The notes under the pieces were generated by a model. The model worked only from the letters and a program-made list of their open reading frames with translations, did no database searches and was not told the origin of the DNA. Shown here piece by piece: positions 14,863-28,116 of a stretch of DNA of 64,000 nt. The translations under genes were made by a program, and so were the position numbers. Origin of the DNA: Chrysomallon squamiferum (Eukaryota > Animalia > Mollusca). The stretch's first letter is position 1. Every line of letters begins with the position of its first letter. Where the stretch lies: positions 10,726,001 to 10,790,000 of the forward strand of contig CM022673.1 of assembly GCA_012295275.1 (NCBI GenBank), given 5' to 3'.

Positions 14863-16368
14863 TCTGTGACAGAATCATGGATCTGGGTTTTGCTGGTATA
14901 ATTAAAACTCAGAGCACATAATTCATATAAAGTTTTAACTTCTTGATTAGCTTTAGTGTTCACTTAAACATTCTCAATTTTGACATCTCCAATATCTGCA
15001 GTGACCAATTTCACCATCCCAGTACACAGAATCCTAACAGAATATCTACAGTTATGTATTATAATTTTGATGATCCACTGCAAAGCCTGGATAATTTCTA
15101 CTTCTAACCTAAGTTCAAATTTTTATCATGAAATGACACTATCAACCTCAGCAGTGAAGAGGTTAAGTAGAAATTATTTATCTGATTACGCAAGAAATTA
15201 CATACACACATTATATATGGTAATACACAGAGAACAGGTAATGGATTTCTTTTGTAACACCATGCTCATTGTCAACATGGAAAGTAAAAATTAATTTGGT
15301 GGATGGTATATCAGCAGATACTGGTATTTGTGATAAAAAATAAATGAAAAAAAAAAAAAAAATACTTGATATGAAATGAAGCCTTTCCAGTAATGGTAAC
15401 TGATCTAATTGTGAGTTCTTTCCAATAATAATACTTGACAAAATTTAACTGTGATATTACAAGTACCAGTATCTGCTGATATATCATACACAAGATTAAT
15501 ATTTACATTTTGTGTTGATAATTCACAAAACGTCACAAAAGCAACCCATTATTTATTCTCTGTGTATTACTATCACCTATTAGCAACAACTGGTCTACAC
15601 AATTAATGTATCTTCCCAACATAATCTGAATAAAGGTATAAACTAAAATTTTACCTGCCTGTAATGTCGTCTTTCCATTAATGACAAGTGATATAAGTTA
15701 ACAGTGATATCACAATACTGAGCAATTTGAGATTTCATTTATAATTTTATTGGGGAAGACCAGCAGTAATAAAATATTTCCTGTTATTATTAACACACTC
15801 ATATAAACAGTTTCTTAGATAAGCAGATACCATAAAAACTTCTAACTAAAATATTATAATTTGTCACATTTATCATTGAAATACCCATAACTGTAAAATA
15901 AATAAAAATATACACTATAATTTATGTTATATAAGTACAGTTTATAATTAAATTATCACATATGTTATATCAATTATCATATATCATTTATATGAGTATT
16001 TTACAAGAAAGCATTTTGTTTGCTATTATTATTATTAAAAACATTGTCATTTTTCACAGTAACATATAATTTATCTGATCCACTGCTGAAACTGCTACTT
16101 AATAAATAATTATTACAAAATTTCGATTTGAATTACTGTTTATTACATAATTTAGTCAAGCAAGTGTATCCACTGGTATTTACCATTCTTTTGTTTGTCA
16201 AGCGTACTTTTTTTTTCTTTTTTTAAGAAGAAAAAATCTACGACATTCGTATTTGTATTTGAAAAGATTGACACTTCGTTGATATACTTGTATATTTTTC
16301 TAGATTAATTAATAATCCATACCTTCATTTGTAAATAAGCTCCATAATCTGGAAAATAGGAGACCCAT
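8986..16368 (-). CDS. ARL5: ADP-ribosylation factor-like GTPase 5 (ARL5A/B orthologue), 6 coding exons, 179 aa
   Basis: Exons 16368-16323, 12922-12862, 11246-11099, 10064-9981, 9704-9553, 9034-8986, all GT-AG, total 540 nt. Translation [36 protein letters not shown]...PTIGSNVEE...WDIGGQE...FANKQD...[23 protein letters not shown] has the myristoylation Gly2 and G1/G3/G4/G5 motifs of the Arf family, and an ARL5-type sequence and length. Confidence 0.97.
10182..10410. repeat. 33-bp minisatellite (~7 copies) in ARL5 intron 3
   Basis: Unit TTTCAGTAAATCATTTGGTATGATGTATCATTA repeated with decay. It produces the spurious [14 protein letters not shown]. Confidence 0.9.
11240..12230. repeat. Degenerate tandem array derived from the ARL5 intron 2 / exon 3 junction
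   Basis: Near-perfect ~92-bp duplication at 11265-11470 (aactataaatgtaaatgaacatgatataataac...), plus recurrent aacaacct..tt..ttaaa.. echoes of the exon-3 edge out to about 12230. Confidence 0.65.
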
Positions 16369-16776
16369 CGTCAAAATTAAGATACAAATTAAATAATAAA
16401 ATGTCAACGTTTCAATTAACTGGAGAAAACGGCATTCCTTAGAGAATAGACTTCTTTAAAATGAATGTATCACCGTGTATATTTCCGCCATATTGTCATG
16501 ATCACTAATGAATACAGTAAAAGAAAACCGTCTTAATGTTCATACAGACAATGAATATCGTTTTTCTAAAGAAAGCAATCCAACTCTTCTTTCCTGACAC
16601 GATATACCGGATATGAAGTCATTCGCCGTTTCCTGTTTTAGACTGGTCTTTCATTTGATTTTGGAACCAGTTCATTGTTTCGAGCAACGCTTGTTTGTTG
16701 TTCTGGCTTTGATTACGAGAGTTTATCATCAAATATATAAAATACATAAAATCAAAGTAGTGAGATTGCATCCAGA
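16369..16776. promoter_or_regulatory. Bidirectional promoter / 5' UTRs shared by ARL5 and LAGE3
   Basis: The two divergent start codons are separated by only 408 bp. The interval is locally CpG-containing and has a YY1-like CCGCCATATT at 16485-16494. Confidence 0.7.
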
Positions 16777-17844
16777 ATGAGTGATGAAAATAAATTAAGC
16801 GTGTATCCTTTTATAATTTAGTAAAACGCAATAAAGGAAAATAATGTACATATCACCAGGTCCCAAATGCTAATATGTACAAGTCCAGAAACGTTATTCT
16901 AATTTTCTGTGAACATAATTATTAATTGTGATCATTAACTGATTAAGATTATTAATATTATAACCATTAATCATTTAGTGATAATAAAATTAAACACCAT
17001 GACGCATATACTTTAAAGTGTATCACACAACCTTTACAAATAATGCTGAGGAGAGAAAATAAAAATTTGCTCATGGTATTTTGGTTACAAAAATTACTAT
17101 ATTGTGTGGCAATAACATTCTAAATGTGAGTCCTTTATAATATTTTCAAAATGTTTTAAAATTAATTAAATTATTTATGTTTATTTATTTTATCTTTGAG
17201 CATGCAGGTAATTAAAAATTATATTCAGTACATATTTTCCATCATGGATTAAGTGATTTGAAAGTTCCTTTTCCATCAGAACGTTATGCCGAAATTGCAT
17301 ATAAATCTTTGAATGTTGACAAGGAGCCTAAGAGAGGAGGTGTGGAAAGGACGTTGATACTTAAAGAAAATATTTTGCATGTGTAAGATAGAAATTTATT
17401 ACAATTTAGAAAAAAATGTTTTTAAATAAGAAATAAAAATAAAGTAAAACAGAGCACACTTTACATTAACATTATGGAATTATAGATGTTCATAGCAGAA
17501 ACATTTATGTAAAGCGACTTATGAGCTCATCTAATTGTGACATTTGTGACATGGATTCATTAACGTATATCTGTGCTTTGAATATACAAAATTATGATTA
17601 AAATAATACAGTTTGTAATTGATTAATTAATCATAACAGACTCATAATTCAATATTTTTCTGTTTGTAAACTGTCTAATGAAATCTTTTTTGACTTCCAA
17701 GTTACTAATCCATGATTATATTTTTTTTATTTCAGACATTTTGCTGCCTTAGAAGCTCGCAAACTTCGAGTTAGTGTCAATTCATTCATGGATCATATTA
17801 TGCTAGTAATTGATACACTGTATCAGTTTGGACCACCAAGATAG
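16777..17844 (+). CDS. LAGE3: EKC/KEOPS complex subunit LAGE3/Pcc1, 3 exons, 87 aa
   Basis: Exons 16777-16802, 17254-17382, 17736-17844 (264 nt) give MSDENKLSVDLKVPFPSERYAEIAYKSLNVDKEPKRGGVERTLILKENILHVHFAALEARKLRVSVNSFMDHIMLVIDTLYQFGPPR*, with the Pcc1 motifs VPFPS..AEIA..SL.VD.E and LRVS.NSF...FGPP. Confidence 0.93.
16803..17253 (+). other. Probable U12-type (minor spliceosome) GT-AG intron in LAGE3
   Basis: Donor GTATCCTTTT matches the U12 consensus. TTTTCCATCAT (branch-point-like, imperfect) lies about 10-20 nt before an AAG acceptor with no polypyrimidine tract, and splicing here keeps the frame. Confidence 0.75.
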
Positions 17845-18007
17845 CATCAACATGTTTGTTGTTTATGTATGAAACTGACTAGTTGAGAGTAATTGATACA
17901 TCAGTGTATCAAACTGGACTGCCTAGATAGCTCATGCTATTTCTTGTTCACATTTGAAACAATGAATATTTCTGTAATGAACACCCAGGATCAGTTTGAC
18001 CCCCAAG

Positions 18008-18285
18008 CAGTGGTGTGCAGGGGGAGGCAAAGGAGCAGTGGCCCCAGGCATCCAAAAGGGGGAGGCATCCAAAAGGGCGGGCATCCAATCAGAGAAAAGA
18101 ACTTAATAAATCTGGTTGATTTATATTTAAATTGAATAAAGTATATATTTTTTTTTCATCTATGTTTACACATTCAGAATATCTTACTTTCTGATGTTTC
18201 TCAGTACTAGACTGTATACTTGAGTCTTTGGGGCATACAGTCAAGGAGTTTTCCCTGGGCATCACCTTACGTCTGTATGCCACTG
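18008..18285. mobile_element. Non-autonomous hAT-like DNA transposon (MITE) in the LAGE3 3' region
   Basis: Terminal inverted repeats CAGTGGTGTGCAG / CTGTATGCCACTG (10 of 13 match), flanked by an imperfect 8-bp target duplication cccccaag / tccccaaa. GC-rich ends in an AT-rich context. Confidence 0.7.
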
Positions 18286-19868
18286 TCCCCAAAACAGCAT
18301 GAACAAAGCCAATATGGTTTTTTGTGAAACAGTGATAGTTTTGGCAACAAGACAATAAATGATTTTGTACCACCAAAAATAGCATTAAGCTTTTCATTTT
18401 ACATTTTTGGTAACCGGTGCTAGAGATCAGTTGGAACCATAAAGATGGAATCAGTTACGTTTTATTCATCGTTCATGAAAACAATGTTTGGTAACCATTA
18501 CAGTAGATCATTTTGTTCCACCAAAGATAGCAGCAATTTTTACATTTTAAATAATGAATATTTTGGGTAACCAGTGCTATAAATTAATTGGACAAGATTG
18601 GATCAAACAATGAGTTGTGTTTTTTTCAATGAAAAAATGTTTTATTTACCATTACAGTTTATCATTTTGTACCACCAAAAATTACTGTTTTTCATTTTAA
18701 AAAGTAAATGTTTTTGTAACAAATGCTACGGACTAATTTAATCCATGAAACAATCAGTTATGTTTTACATATGGATTCATTTGGACTGATTGCATTAAAT
18801 AATTAATTTTAAGAAATTGGTAACCAATATAAAGGATCATTTTGAACAAACAAGAGCATGGAACAGTTAGTTTTGTTTTTATTACAGTTATATGAATTCA
18901 TTTGGATCAAAAAGATACCATGAAATAATGTTATTGTTTCTTTTATGACATAATGAGTTTTAAGGTAACTGATTTAATTGATCAAGTTCACCACCCATAC
19001 TGGGAACAGTTGGACCATCTAGAAAAAATATATTGTAAATATTTTATTTATGAACAATTAATGTTTTGGTCACAGTAAAATGGGTGAATTAATTTGGTCA
19101 ATTGACATGATAAGAAGCAGTTTGTATTAGGAAAACAATCAGTATCAAACTTTAGCATATGATTATAAAGCATTTTTCATTTTTATTATTTTTATTATTA
19201 TTATTATCACAGGTAACAGTTTGAATAAATTAAATAATAAATGTTCCAAAAATGCAGCATAGAATTAAATGATGGAGTAATAATCATCTCTTCATCTTGA
19301 ATGAAATATTAGCAGCAAATCAGTGTATGGTTTATATTAATGATATGTGTTTTAAAAATATATTAATAGCATTTTATTATTTGTTTATTTATTTAATAGC
19401 ATTATGTTTTAAATTTAAAGAAAAAAGTCTAAATAAATATTTTATTTCAGCTTCTTTTTTCTTATTAATAAAAAATAATTAAACGTTTCACGAAATTTAT
19501 TATTTTTATTTGATTACAGAGTTATTTCCCTTGGACTGCTATCGAATGGTTTTTCTTTGCATTAATTTAAATAATTTTTAGACAAGTTAAATCAAAAAGT
19601 CAGAAATTGATAAAATATAAATATTTTTAAAATTATTATTCATTCATTAATTTTGTGAGAAGCTTTCGGGGGCCAATATATATCTAAAAAAATAAAAATA
19701 AATAAATATATATATAATTATGATGAGACCTTAAACGTTCTTGGGTGGCGATTATATGTTGGTTTTTTTAAAAAAATAATTATTATATGTAATTCCAAGT
19801 ATTTGTTTAATGACATGTCAGTTCATTTAATATAAACAGTGGCAGCATATTACTACTACTACTACCAC

Positions 19869-19901
<33 letters not shown>

Positions 19902-20356
19902 CGACGACGACGATATGAAAATGTAGTAATTTAATTTGGTGGGTCACGAAATACAATAGATTAAACATACTAAAAACTCTGCAGGCTCCTCAATTAGAAA
20001 TACGATTTTTAAAAAAAATGTTATTTGTTCATTGCCGTGGAGGGAAACACGCTCCCAGTGTTGTTACACTACTGACCGAGTGCTGACGGAACCTAAAAAT
20101 ATCATCATTGCGGAACCGAAGAGGTTGGATGCTTCCGTCGATAGTGATTCAAACAATCGTTATACCAAAGGTGGAGAACACCTTTGTGAATTTTACCATA
20201 GTGTGAATCTATTAACCCTAACAATACTATGGTTAAAACCTGTAATCGATATTTTTCTTTAGTTCTTTTGTTTTCAACAGTGTTTTTTAAGCACAAGTAT
20301 TAACTTGTTTGCTTCGTAATGGTTTTATTGACATAAATTTTTAGATGGTTAATATT

Positions 20357-20469
<113 letters not shown>

Positions 20470-22034
20470 GCTTTTTAATTTCATTTTCTGTTTTACCTCT
20501 CAAAAATAAGAATTTACCTTTTCACCATTGATTCTCGTTTGATTTGTCTCTCTCTTTATCCCTTTCAGAATTTTTTTTACCTCCTCCTCCTATAATTACT
20601 GCTGCTGCTGCAACATAAGCACCACTGTTACTACTGAATGCTGCGTTTTATAGATTAGTTTGTTATGTGATACAATCCAGTCTTTATTCAAATTATATGA
20701 AAATCAGTTCTCTCGTATTCAATCATAATGCGGATCTCTTATTGTTAGGCGGAATAAAAGATCATCGTACATAAGCTGACTTTGATTTGTGTAAATTTAA
20801 TCCTTGAAATGTCTGTTGAATGGGTATAAAGTGTAAATTATATATAAAATACGGGTCATTTGAAGTTTAATGTTACGATTGTATGTCTCCGTGTGTGTGT
20901 GAGAACGTACTATAATACTGTATATATGTATGCAGGCGTAATTTTACATTGTATGCTTGCTTGTATATGTGTGTTTGTATTTATGTATATATGTATATAT
21001 GTATATATGTATGTGCGTTTATATTTATGTATGTATCTATGTATATTTATATGAACATGTGTTTATGTATGTACATACGTAAGTATGTATCACTATTTCT
21101 GAATACGTTTTCCTGCTTTTAGAATCTGTTCTTCAGTAACTGAAAGTAAACATATTCAGTGATTAAATTATTGTAAAGTCGTCCTTTCTTTCTAAGTTTT
21201 CTTCACCATATCTTTATAATATTTATACGTAAAAACGGGCATCGTCAGTAATAAATATAAAATAAATAAATTAAATATTAATAATAATTATCTATGAAAG
21301 AAAAGTTGCAAGACGTTATACATCTTTACAGGGCTGGAGTCATAATATTATTAATAAAACTATAATTAAATATATTTGATTTAGAATATATTGATAATTT
21401 GTTGATCGTATCTCGATAGTTAGCTATCAATAGTCACTGTAACAATTAAGTCTTCTTTGTTTGTGTAAACTGCGACCTAAACGTGTTGAAACAGAAAGAC
21501 CACCGGGATTGTGGAATACATTATATAAAAACCATAAACCTGCCAGTCTTAAAGTATATCAGTAGTTAAATAATAATAATAATTAAAAAAAATATTCTAG
21601 CAATAACAGCCAGAATTCTATATGTATGTATGCATGTACGTACATGCATAAATCAATATAGAAAAAAGTCCAAAAACAGCAAATAAAAATAAAAATAACT
21701 AAGCTAAACAAAAATTTAAAAGAAAAAGATTAAAAGAGATATAAAGAGAGTACGGTTGTAGAAAAATAAGGGAAAATGCCAAACAACGCAAGCTTGCATT
21801 TTGTTTACACTTTGTCAATTATTATTTTTTATTTACTTAATTATTATTATCATCATCATCATCATCATCATCATTATCATAATATTTATCATTCTTCTTC
21901 TTCTTCTTATTATTATTATTATAACTACTACTACTATCTTATGATAAAATGACTTTTTAACACATTTAATGAGAGGTCACAGAGAGAATGATGAAAACAG
22001 ATAATTAAATTAAAAAGCTAGAGAGAGAACTTCA

Positions 22035-22108
<74 letters not shown>

Positions 22109-22710
22109 GCGCATATATATATAAACACATTTATGTCTTGTTACTGACTGACACGTATCTAATAAATATAATTAAAATATCAAATATAAAACGTGATCCA
22201 GAATTATAATTTGGATTTTGAAGTCCCAAAGCTATGAATTTTTTTATTTTAAACAAGACAAAAATACGCTATGTGTAAACCCTGACGCTAAGTCTATAAT
22301 CTACAAAAGAAAAAACGAAAGAAATAAAAAAAAAAGAATTATAGAATAACACTTTCTTGTATTAAGACCATTTTAAATAGGATTATTAACGGCTCAGATG
22401 TTTCATTAAAAAGTTTGTTACGTACATAGTTACGCTGCAGCGAGCTCCGCTGAAATAATGTTATGGTTATATATCATTTTACTTATTGTTCTTTTAGCAA
22501 TAATACATAAATAAATAAATAAATAAATTTATGTAGTATATACACGTACGTATGTCTATATGTGTTGTACGTTCGTGTGTACAGAACATTGCTTTTTAAT
22601 TTTCTTAATTTACTAATAAAATATATATAATTTTGATTGTAATCTTTAAATAACATCGTATTAAATGTTTTGAATTAATAATATACACTTTTATCATGGA
22701 TTTAGCGTTT

Positions 22711-22821
<111 letters not shown>

Positions 22822-23349
22822 TGCATACAGAATAAAATAGTTAATAATCTGATTTAAAACTGTTTTCATTTTCTACAACAACAAGAACAACAATAACGAT
22901 ACTAATTACACCAGATGAATAATAATAATAATAACCGTAATAATAATATAAAATAATATAATATAATATAATTAAATAAGAACAGATATTAATGGTATGA
23001 AAAAGGCTAAAAACCATTTTAAGAAGGCATTATATACATTTTTATTTTTATATTCTTAAACATTTTAAACTGTAAACATAAAATTATAAGATATGTAAAA
23101 AAATCCACATATTCAAACTATTTGTATATAAGTGTGGGGTATACACACAAAATCTACAAAATAATAGTGAAATTTGAACACATAAATTGTTAAAAAAAAC
23201 ACAAACAGCACAACAAATTATACAATATCGATCGTAATTACCGATACTGTACACTAAAGTACTACTACTACTAATAATAATGATCATAACCATCATAACA
23301 ATAAAAAAAAATAAAAAATTAATAAATAAAAAATTAAAATTTTGACGCA

Positions 23350-23725
23350 CACAAACTGTTTACACGAGAACAATTTTTCAGATATTCGTTACCACAAACT
23401 GTTTACACGAGAACAATTTTTCAGATATTCGTTACCACAAACTGTTTACACGAGAATATTTTTCAGACATTCGTTACCACAAATGTTTACTCGAGAAGTT
23501 TTTCAGATATTCGTATACACAAACTGTTTACACGAGAACATTTTTCAGATATTCGTTACCACAAACTGTTTAAACGATAACAATTTTCAGATATTCGTAC
23601 ACTCTGTTTAAACGAGAAAAATTTTCAGATATTCGTTACCACAAACTGTTTAAACGATAACAATTTTCAGATATTCGTACACTCTGTTTACACGAGAACA
23701 GTTTTCAGATATTCGTAGACACAAG
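23350..23725. repeat. ~41-43-bp minisatellite (~9 copies)
   Basis: Unit ACAAACTGTTTACACGAGAACAATTTTTCAGATATTCGTTACC and variants. Confidence 0.92.
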
Positions 23726-24061
23726 AAAAAGTTTTGAACAAACGCAAACTGTTTACGTGACTATAATATCCAGATATTCTTAGAAAGACACAAACTGTAC
23801 GTGAAGTAATTCCCAGTTTCAAACATACATTTTTTATACTCCATAATCACACACGAATAAAAAAAAACACAGTCACTTAATAAGCTCATTCGAAGGTTAA
23901 TAGAAAAACAATAATCTTCGCAATAATCTATAACAATATTCTTGGACTAGTTTTAACTGTGGTATCGTTTGGGAATGCATTCTGTCAAGAAGGCAAAACG
24001 GTGTTGATTTGATTTTTTTATTATTATTAATTTATATTTGATTTTTTTCCCCCTCTTATCA

Positions 24062-25387
24062 CTATCTGTTTGTATATTTGGCTAGCCATTCCTGACACTT
24101 TCTAATGGCTTCTTTTTTAATTTCCAAGGGAGGTGTCTCGAAGTTGCTGCGTTCTGTTGGTAATACATCTCTGTAACGTATATCAAAGTCTGGAGGCGTT
24201 ATTTGAAACGTAGACTCCCGAAACCTTGCCACATCGTTTTTGTTCCCCATGCCGGGAAGCCTGGGCAGGAAAGGTCTAGTATTATCTACACAACATATTT
24301 TCGGCAACCGAGGCACTCCTACTGTGCTATTGTTAAGATGCGGAATCCGGACTCGGTCCGAAAGCTCTGTAGAATCAGAACTACAGACTGAATCATCAGA
24401 TTTAGGATGATGCATTCGTTCTGTGCGAATCAGTTTGTTTTCCGCAACTCTTTTATGCTTGACATAGATTTTCGGGCATTTGTTGTTGGTGTTATGAAGT
24501 AAAGATTGTTTAGAAGGCGATATATCCCTGACTGAACTCTCAGGCGTGTTGCTGTTCGACCGTTCTTTAACCATTTCCAACAAGGTTTCAGAAACCGCAT
24601 GCTGAGCCTCAGTGGACATTTTTGAAAACATATTCAGAGTCTTGAACCCGCGTGGGTATCGTGGATAATTCCTCGATTCCCTGGACGGAGGGGCACCCAT
24701 CTGTCTGAGGGTTTCGATCATGGCGGGGCAAGATCTTGAAGTGTAATGTCTTCCTCTGCCGCTCCCCGCATTGCCTGCGTTCGCAGCGTATTTTGAATAA
24801 CGGGACAGAACGTTACGTTCCGTAGACTCCTTGTTAAACTTGTACATGCTGTCCTGTTTAACCGAGGGATGACCCTCGCTCAGAGAGGTCGTTTGTTTCT
24901 TGAGATTACAATCCCCGTTGTCGACGTTTCCTTCTTGTTTTTTAACTTCTTCACAATTTTCTGCGACATCCTCTTGACAAACAAGATTATCGTTCAAATC
25001 ACCGATCTTAACACCACCAACATTATCAGGCTCGCCATTCTTTTTCTTTTCATAAACGACGCCCTCTTTGATTTTTAAATTTTCGCTTAAATAATTGCCT
25101 CGAAAATCTTCAGAATCAGTTACGTCAAACTGTGATGGGAAGCGATCACTGATGACGCTAACGTTTGTCTGTCTGGAACTGGATTCCTCTTTGCCACTGC
25201 GAACATTTCGCCGAGTTCGAATACCATTCAGACGTGTCGAAAACGCTATCTTCTGATGCAGTTTTTGGTATTTGTCTTCAAGAGTTCTCATCCACAACGG
25301 GTACGCGGCGTTTGCATATTTTCCCGATGTGTCTTTGCTCGTGGTTAGTTGCCGGAGGTTCAGTCCTCCGCGCTTAGCCGCCGGCAT
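24062..25387 (-). CDS. Uncharacterised intronless 441-aa protein, largely low-complexity/disordered
   Basis: 1.3-kb stop-free ORF with elevated GC in very AT-rich surroundings. S/K/R/E-rich, with a compact C-terminal motif FQITPPDFDIRY...ETPPLEIKKEAIRKCQEWL. No domain recognised. Confidence 0.8.
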   Translation of the reverse strand: MPAAKRGGLNLRQLTTSKDTSGKYANAAYPLWMRTLEDKYQKLHQKIAFSTRLNGIRTRRNVRSGKEESSSRQTNVSVISDRFPSQFDVTDSEDFRGNYLSENLKIKEGVVYEKKKNGEPDNVGGVKIGDLNDNLVCQEDVAENCEEVKKQEGNVDNGDCNLKKQTTSLSEGHPSVKQDSMYKFNKESTERNVLSRYSKYAANAGNAGSGRGRHYTSRSCPAMIETLRQMGAPPSRESRNYPRYPRGFKTLNMFSKMSTEAQHAVSETLLEMVKERSNSNTPESSVRDISPSKQSLLHNTNNKCPKIYVKHKRVAENKLIRTERMHHPKSDDSVCSSDSTELSDRVRIPHLNNSTVGVPRLPKICCVDNTRPFLPRLPGMGNKNDVARFRESTFQITPPDFDIRYRDVLPTERSNFETPPLEIKKEAIRKCQEWLAKYTNR

Positions 25388-26161
25388 TGAGTCGCCGTTA
25401 TTAACTTACTTTGAATCTAGTCAATAACTCCAATAAAAGCCAGCAGGACATTGTAAAGTTAGTATATTAATATTGGCCGTGTTCGGCACTATATTTTATA
25501 CCACTTAGCTTTGATACTGCACGACACGAGCGCTTTGGCACGATTACCAAACCATAGAGTCTTTCTTTCTGCATGTTAACCTGTGAACCAAAAGGCTCTT
25601 TTCAGAGTGTACACCGCCCCTTGTTGATTGGCAACTTATTGCGGAGTGACCCGTGTATGCCCTGGCTAACAGTTATGAAGTAACGATATTTCACTGCTGG
25701 AAGACAACAATAACACAACAAAACAAAAAAGAAAGAAAGTCTGGCATTAATAATCCACAAATAAACAGTCAATGTTGTTCGTGCACAAATTAAAACTCGT
25801 ATGGTTTCACTGAATCCGGGATCACTTGAAATTCTGACAGTCTGTCCCTCGGGAATACGCACTTCTAATTTCGAGGAAGTTGCCTGCACGCAACCACGAC
25901 CGCCACTGCACTAATAATTAAAACGATACGATTTTCATTCTCGTGTTTATCGGATAGAGTGTATTATCTTCTCCCTCCATCGACTGGTAGGCGGAGCTGT
26001 TTTGGCGATCCCGCTGTTGATTTACAATACTATAAGCTGTATCGAATTACACCATACCCCTGAACTTGCTTTTTGCTTTTTTCAACAGTGCAATAGACAG
26101 CGATAAATACTGTGTTACGTTTTTGATACAAACATTTAGCAGACGAACTTGTGAATCATTG

Positions 26162-26169
26162 TGACGTCA
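26162..26169. promoter_or_regulatory. Palindromic CRE (TGACGTCA) upstream of the 441-aa gene
   Basis: GTGACGTCAC about 0.8 kb upstream of the ATG, at the edge of a CpG-rich segment. Function is not demonstrated. Confidence 0.3.
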
Positions 26170-26513
26170 CTTTGACTCGTTGACATTTAGGGGAAGAAAA
26201 AAAAAAAAAAAAATGAAGAATAATATCTTAAGATATTTTGCGACAATCAATCATTAGTTTTTCATTCGTTCTTCTTTTTGTTTTCCATGTACTGAATTAT
26301 AAATGTAAATTATATAGCAAAAATAAAATAAAAACAAAAGTTATATATATTATCGCTTAATAAGTTTTAATATAACATGTATTTAAAATAAATAAATAAG
26401 TAAATAAATAAATAAAAAATAAAAAAAAATAAAAAATAATAATAATAAAAAAAAATATAAATAAAAATAATTATTATTATTTGTCCGTGGTTTGAAAAAA
26501 GAAAAGATAAAAC

Positions 26514-26661
<148 letters not shown>

Positions 26662-27120
26662 TACAGCAATAAAACAAAATAATAATAGAAAATGCTTTAG
26701 TCAAAGGAATTAAAAATATTTATTGACAAGGATAATAACACTGCGCTGTAAAACCTTTTCTTTGTCCACGTTGTTGTTGTTGTGGTTGTCGGCGTCTTAG
26801 CTATTAGGGACGTTTTTAAATTGATTTCTCCATTATAAGAATTAATATTTATGACCCAAACACACATAAAAAGTTTCCTGCTAACGCTAGTTGTTTTCAA
26901 AGTTAAACGAACCGGTTTGATTTTTGTTTGATGTATGTTATATCTAAGGTGTCACGCCATATTTTATAAATTACTCGTTCGCACGATTTATATATCACCA
27001 AATCGTTTCAGTCGATAGTTTCCCTACTACAGACCATTTCATGTGTGAGCGGTTCATGTTATCATGCCCAGATTAAGGAGGAGAGTGCCGAGTCCTCCCC
27101 CTCGATTTTATTTATTTATT

Positions 27121-27182
<62 letters not shown>

Positions 27183-28002
27183 CATTTGACTATATTTTTT
27201 GTTAACTTTAAAAAAAAAAAAAATGTAACTGACTTCGTCTTAAAAGTTATAATGATAACACTCCACCCTTCTGTCAAAAATCCGTTCTTTTATTATTTTT
27301 ATTATTTTCCTTTACTCCAGTGTTTAACTGTTACGGTGAAATTAATTTCGACTTTGAAAACGAGTTTTATATTGACCACAATATAATGACATGCCTCTTT
27401 GAAAATATTAGATCGGTCCCTGTATTTTTTTTAAATTTATTTTTATTTTTTATATATATATACTATTATCGAAACCTCTATAATAAAATTGCTTTTAACG
27501 TTGTGTCGTATTATATTGCCGGAAAGACGTATATCTGTTTTGAAATCGAAGCATTCCATGGTTGAGTAATTAACATTTTATGCACGTGAGAACTGTTGAA
27601 TCTATATGCCGCTGCATGTGGATATAAATTACAATTAACATAAAGAAATCAGAAGATAGGCGCACCCGCTATCCTTTTACTATTATTATTTTTTGTTACT
27701 TTTATAATAATTTATTTTATTTTATTTATCTATTTATTTTATTATTATTATTATTATTATATGTTTTATATATTATTTTATTATTATTTTATTCTTATAA
27801 CTGAATTCAGTTTTTAAAGTTACACCCATCATAAAAGACCGTATACTCTTTTCAAAGCTTTTTTTTTCTCAAGAAATCCTGCACCTACTTCTAAAAAATA
27901 ACCTATCTACCTAACTAGCTATAGTTATCATGCATTTCTCCATGCTAATACGTGTGTATATAGACTCAAAATAAATAAATAAATAATAATAATAATGATA
28001 GC

Positions 28003-28035
<33 letters not shown>

Positions 28036-28084
28036 TTGCAGCAGCAGCAGTAGGAGTAGTAGTAATAAATAAATAAATACATAA

Positions 28085-28116
<32 letters not shown>

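Noticed and set aside
23350-23725. Repeat array and its 89-aa ORF (TNCLHEN repeats)
   Set aside because: Simple minisatellite. The unit length is variable and not codon-preserving, and there are no spacers.
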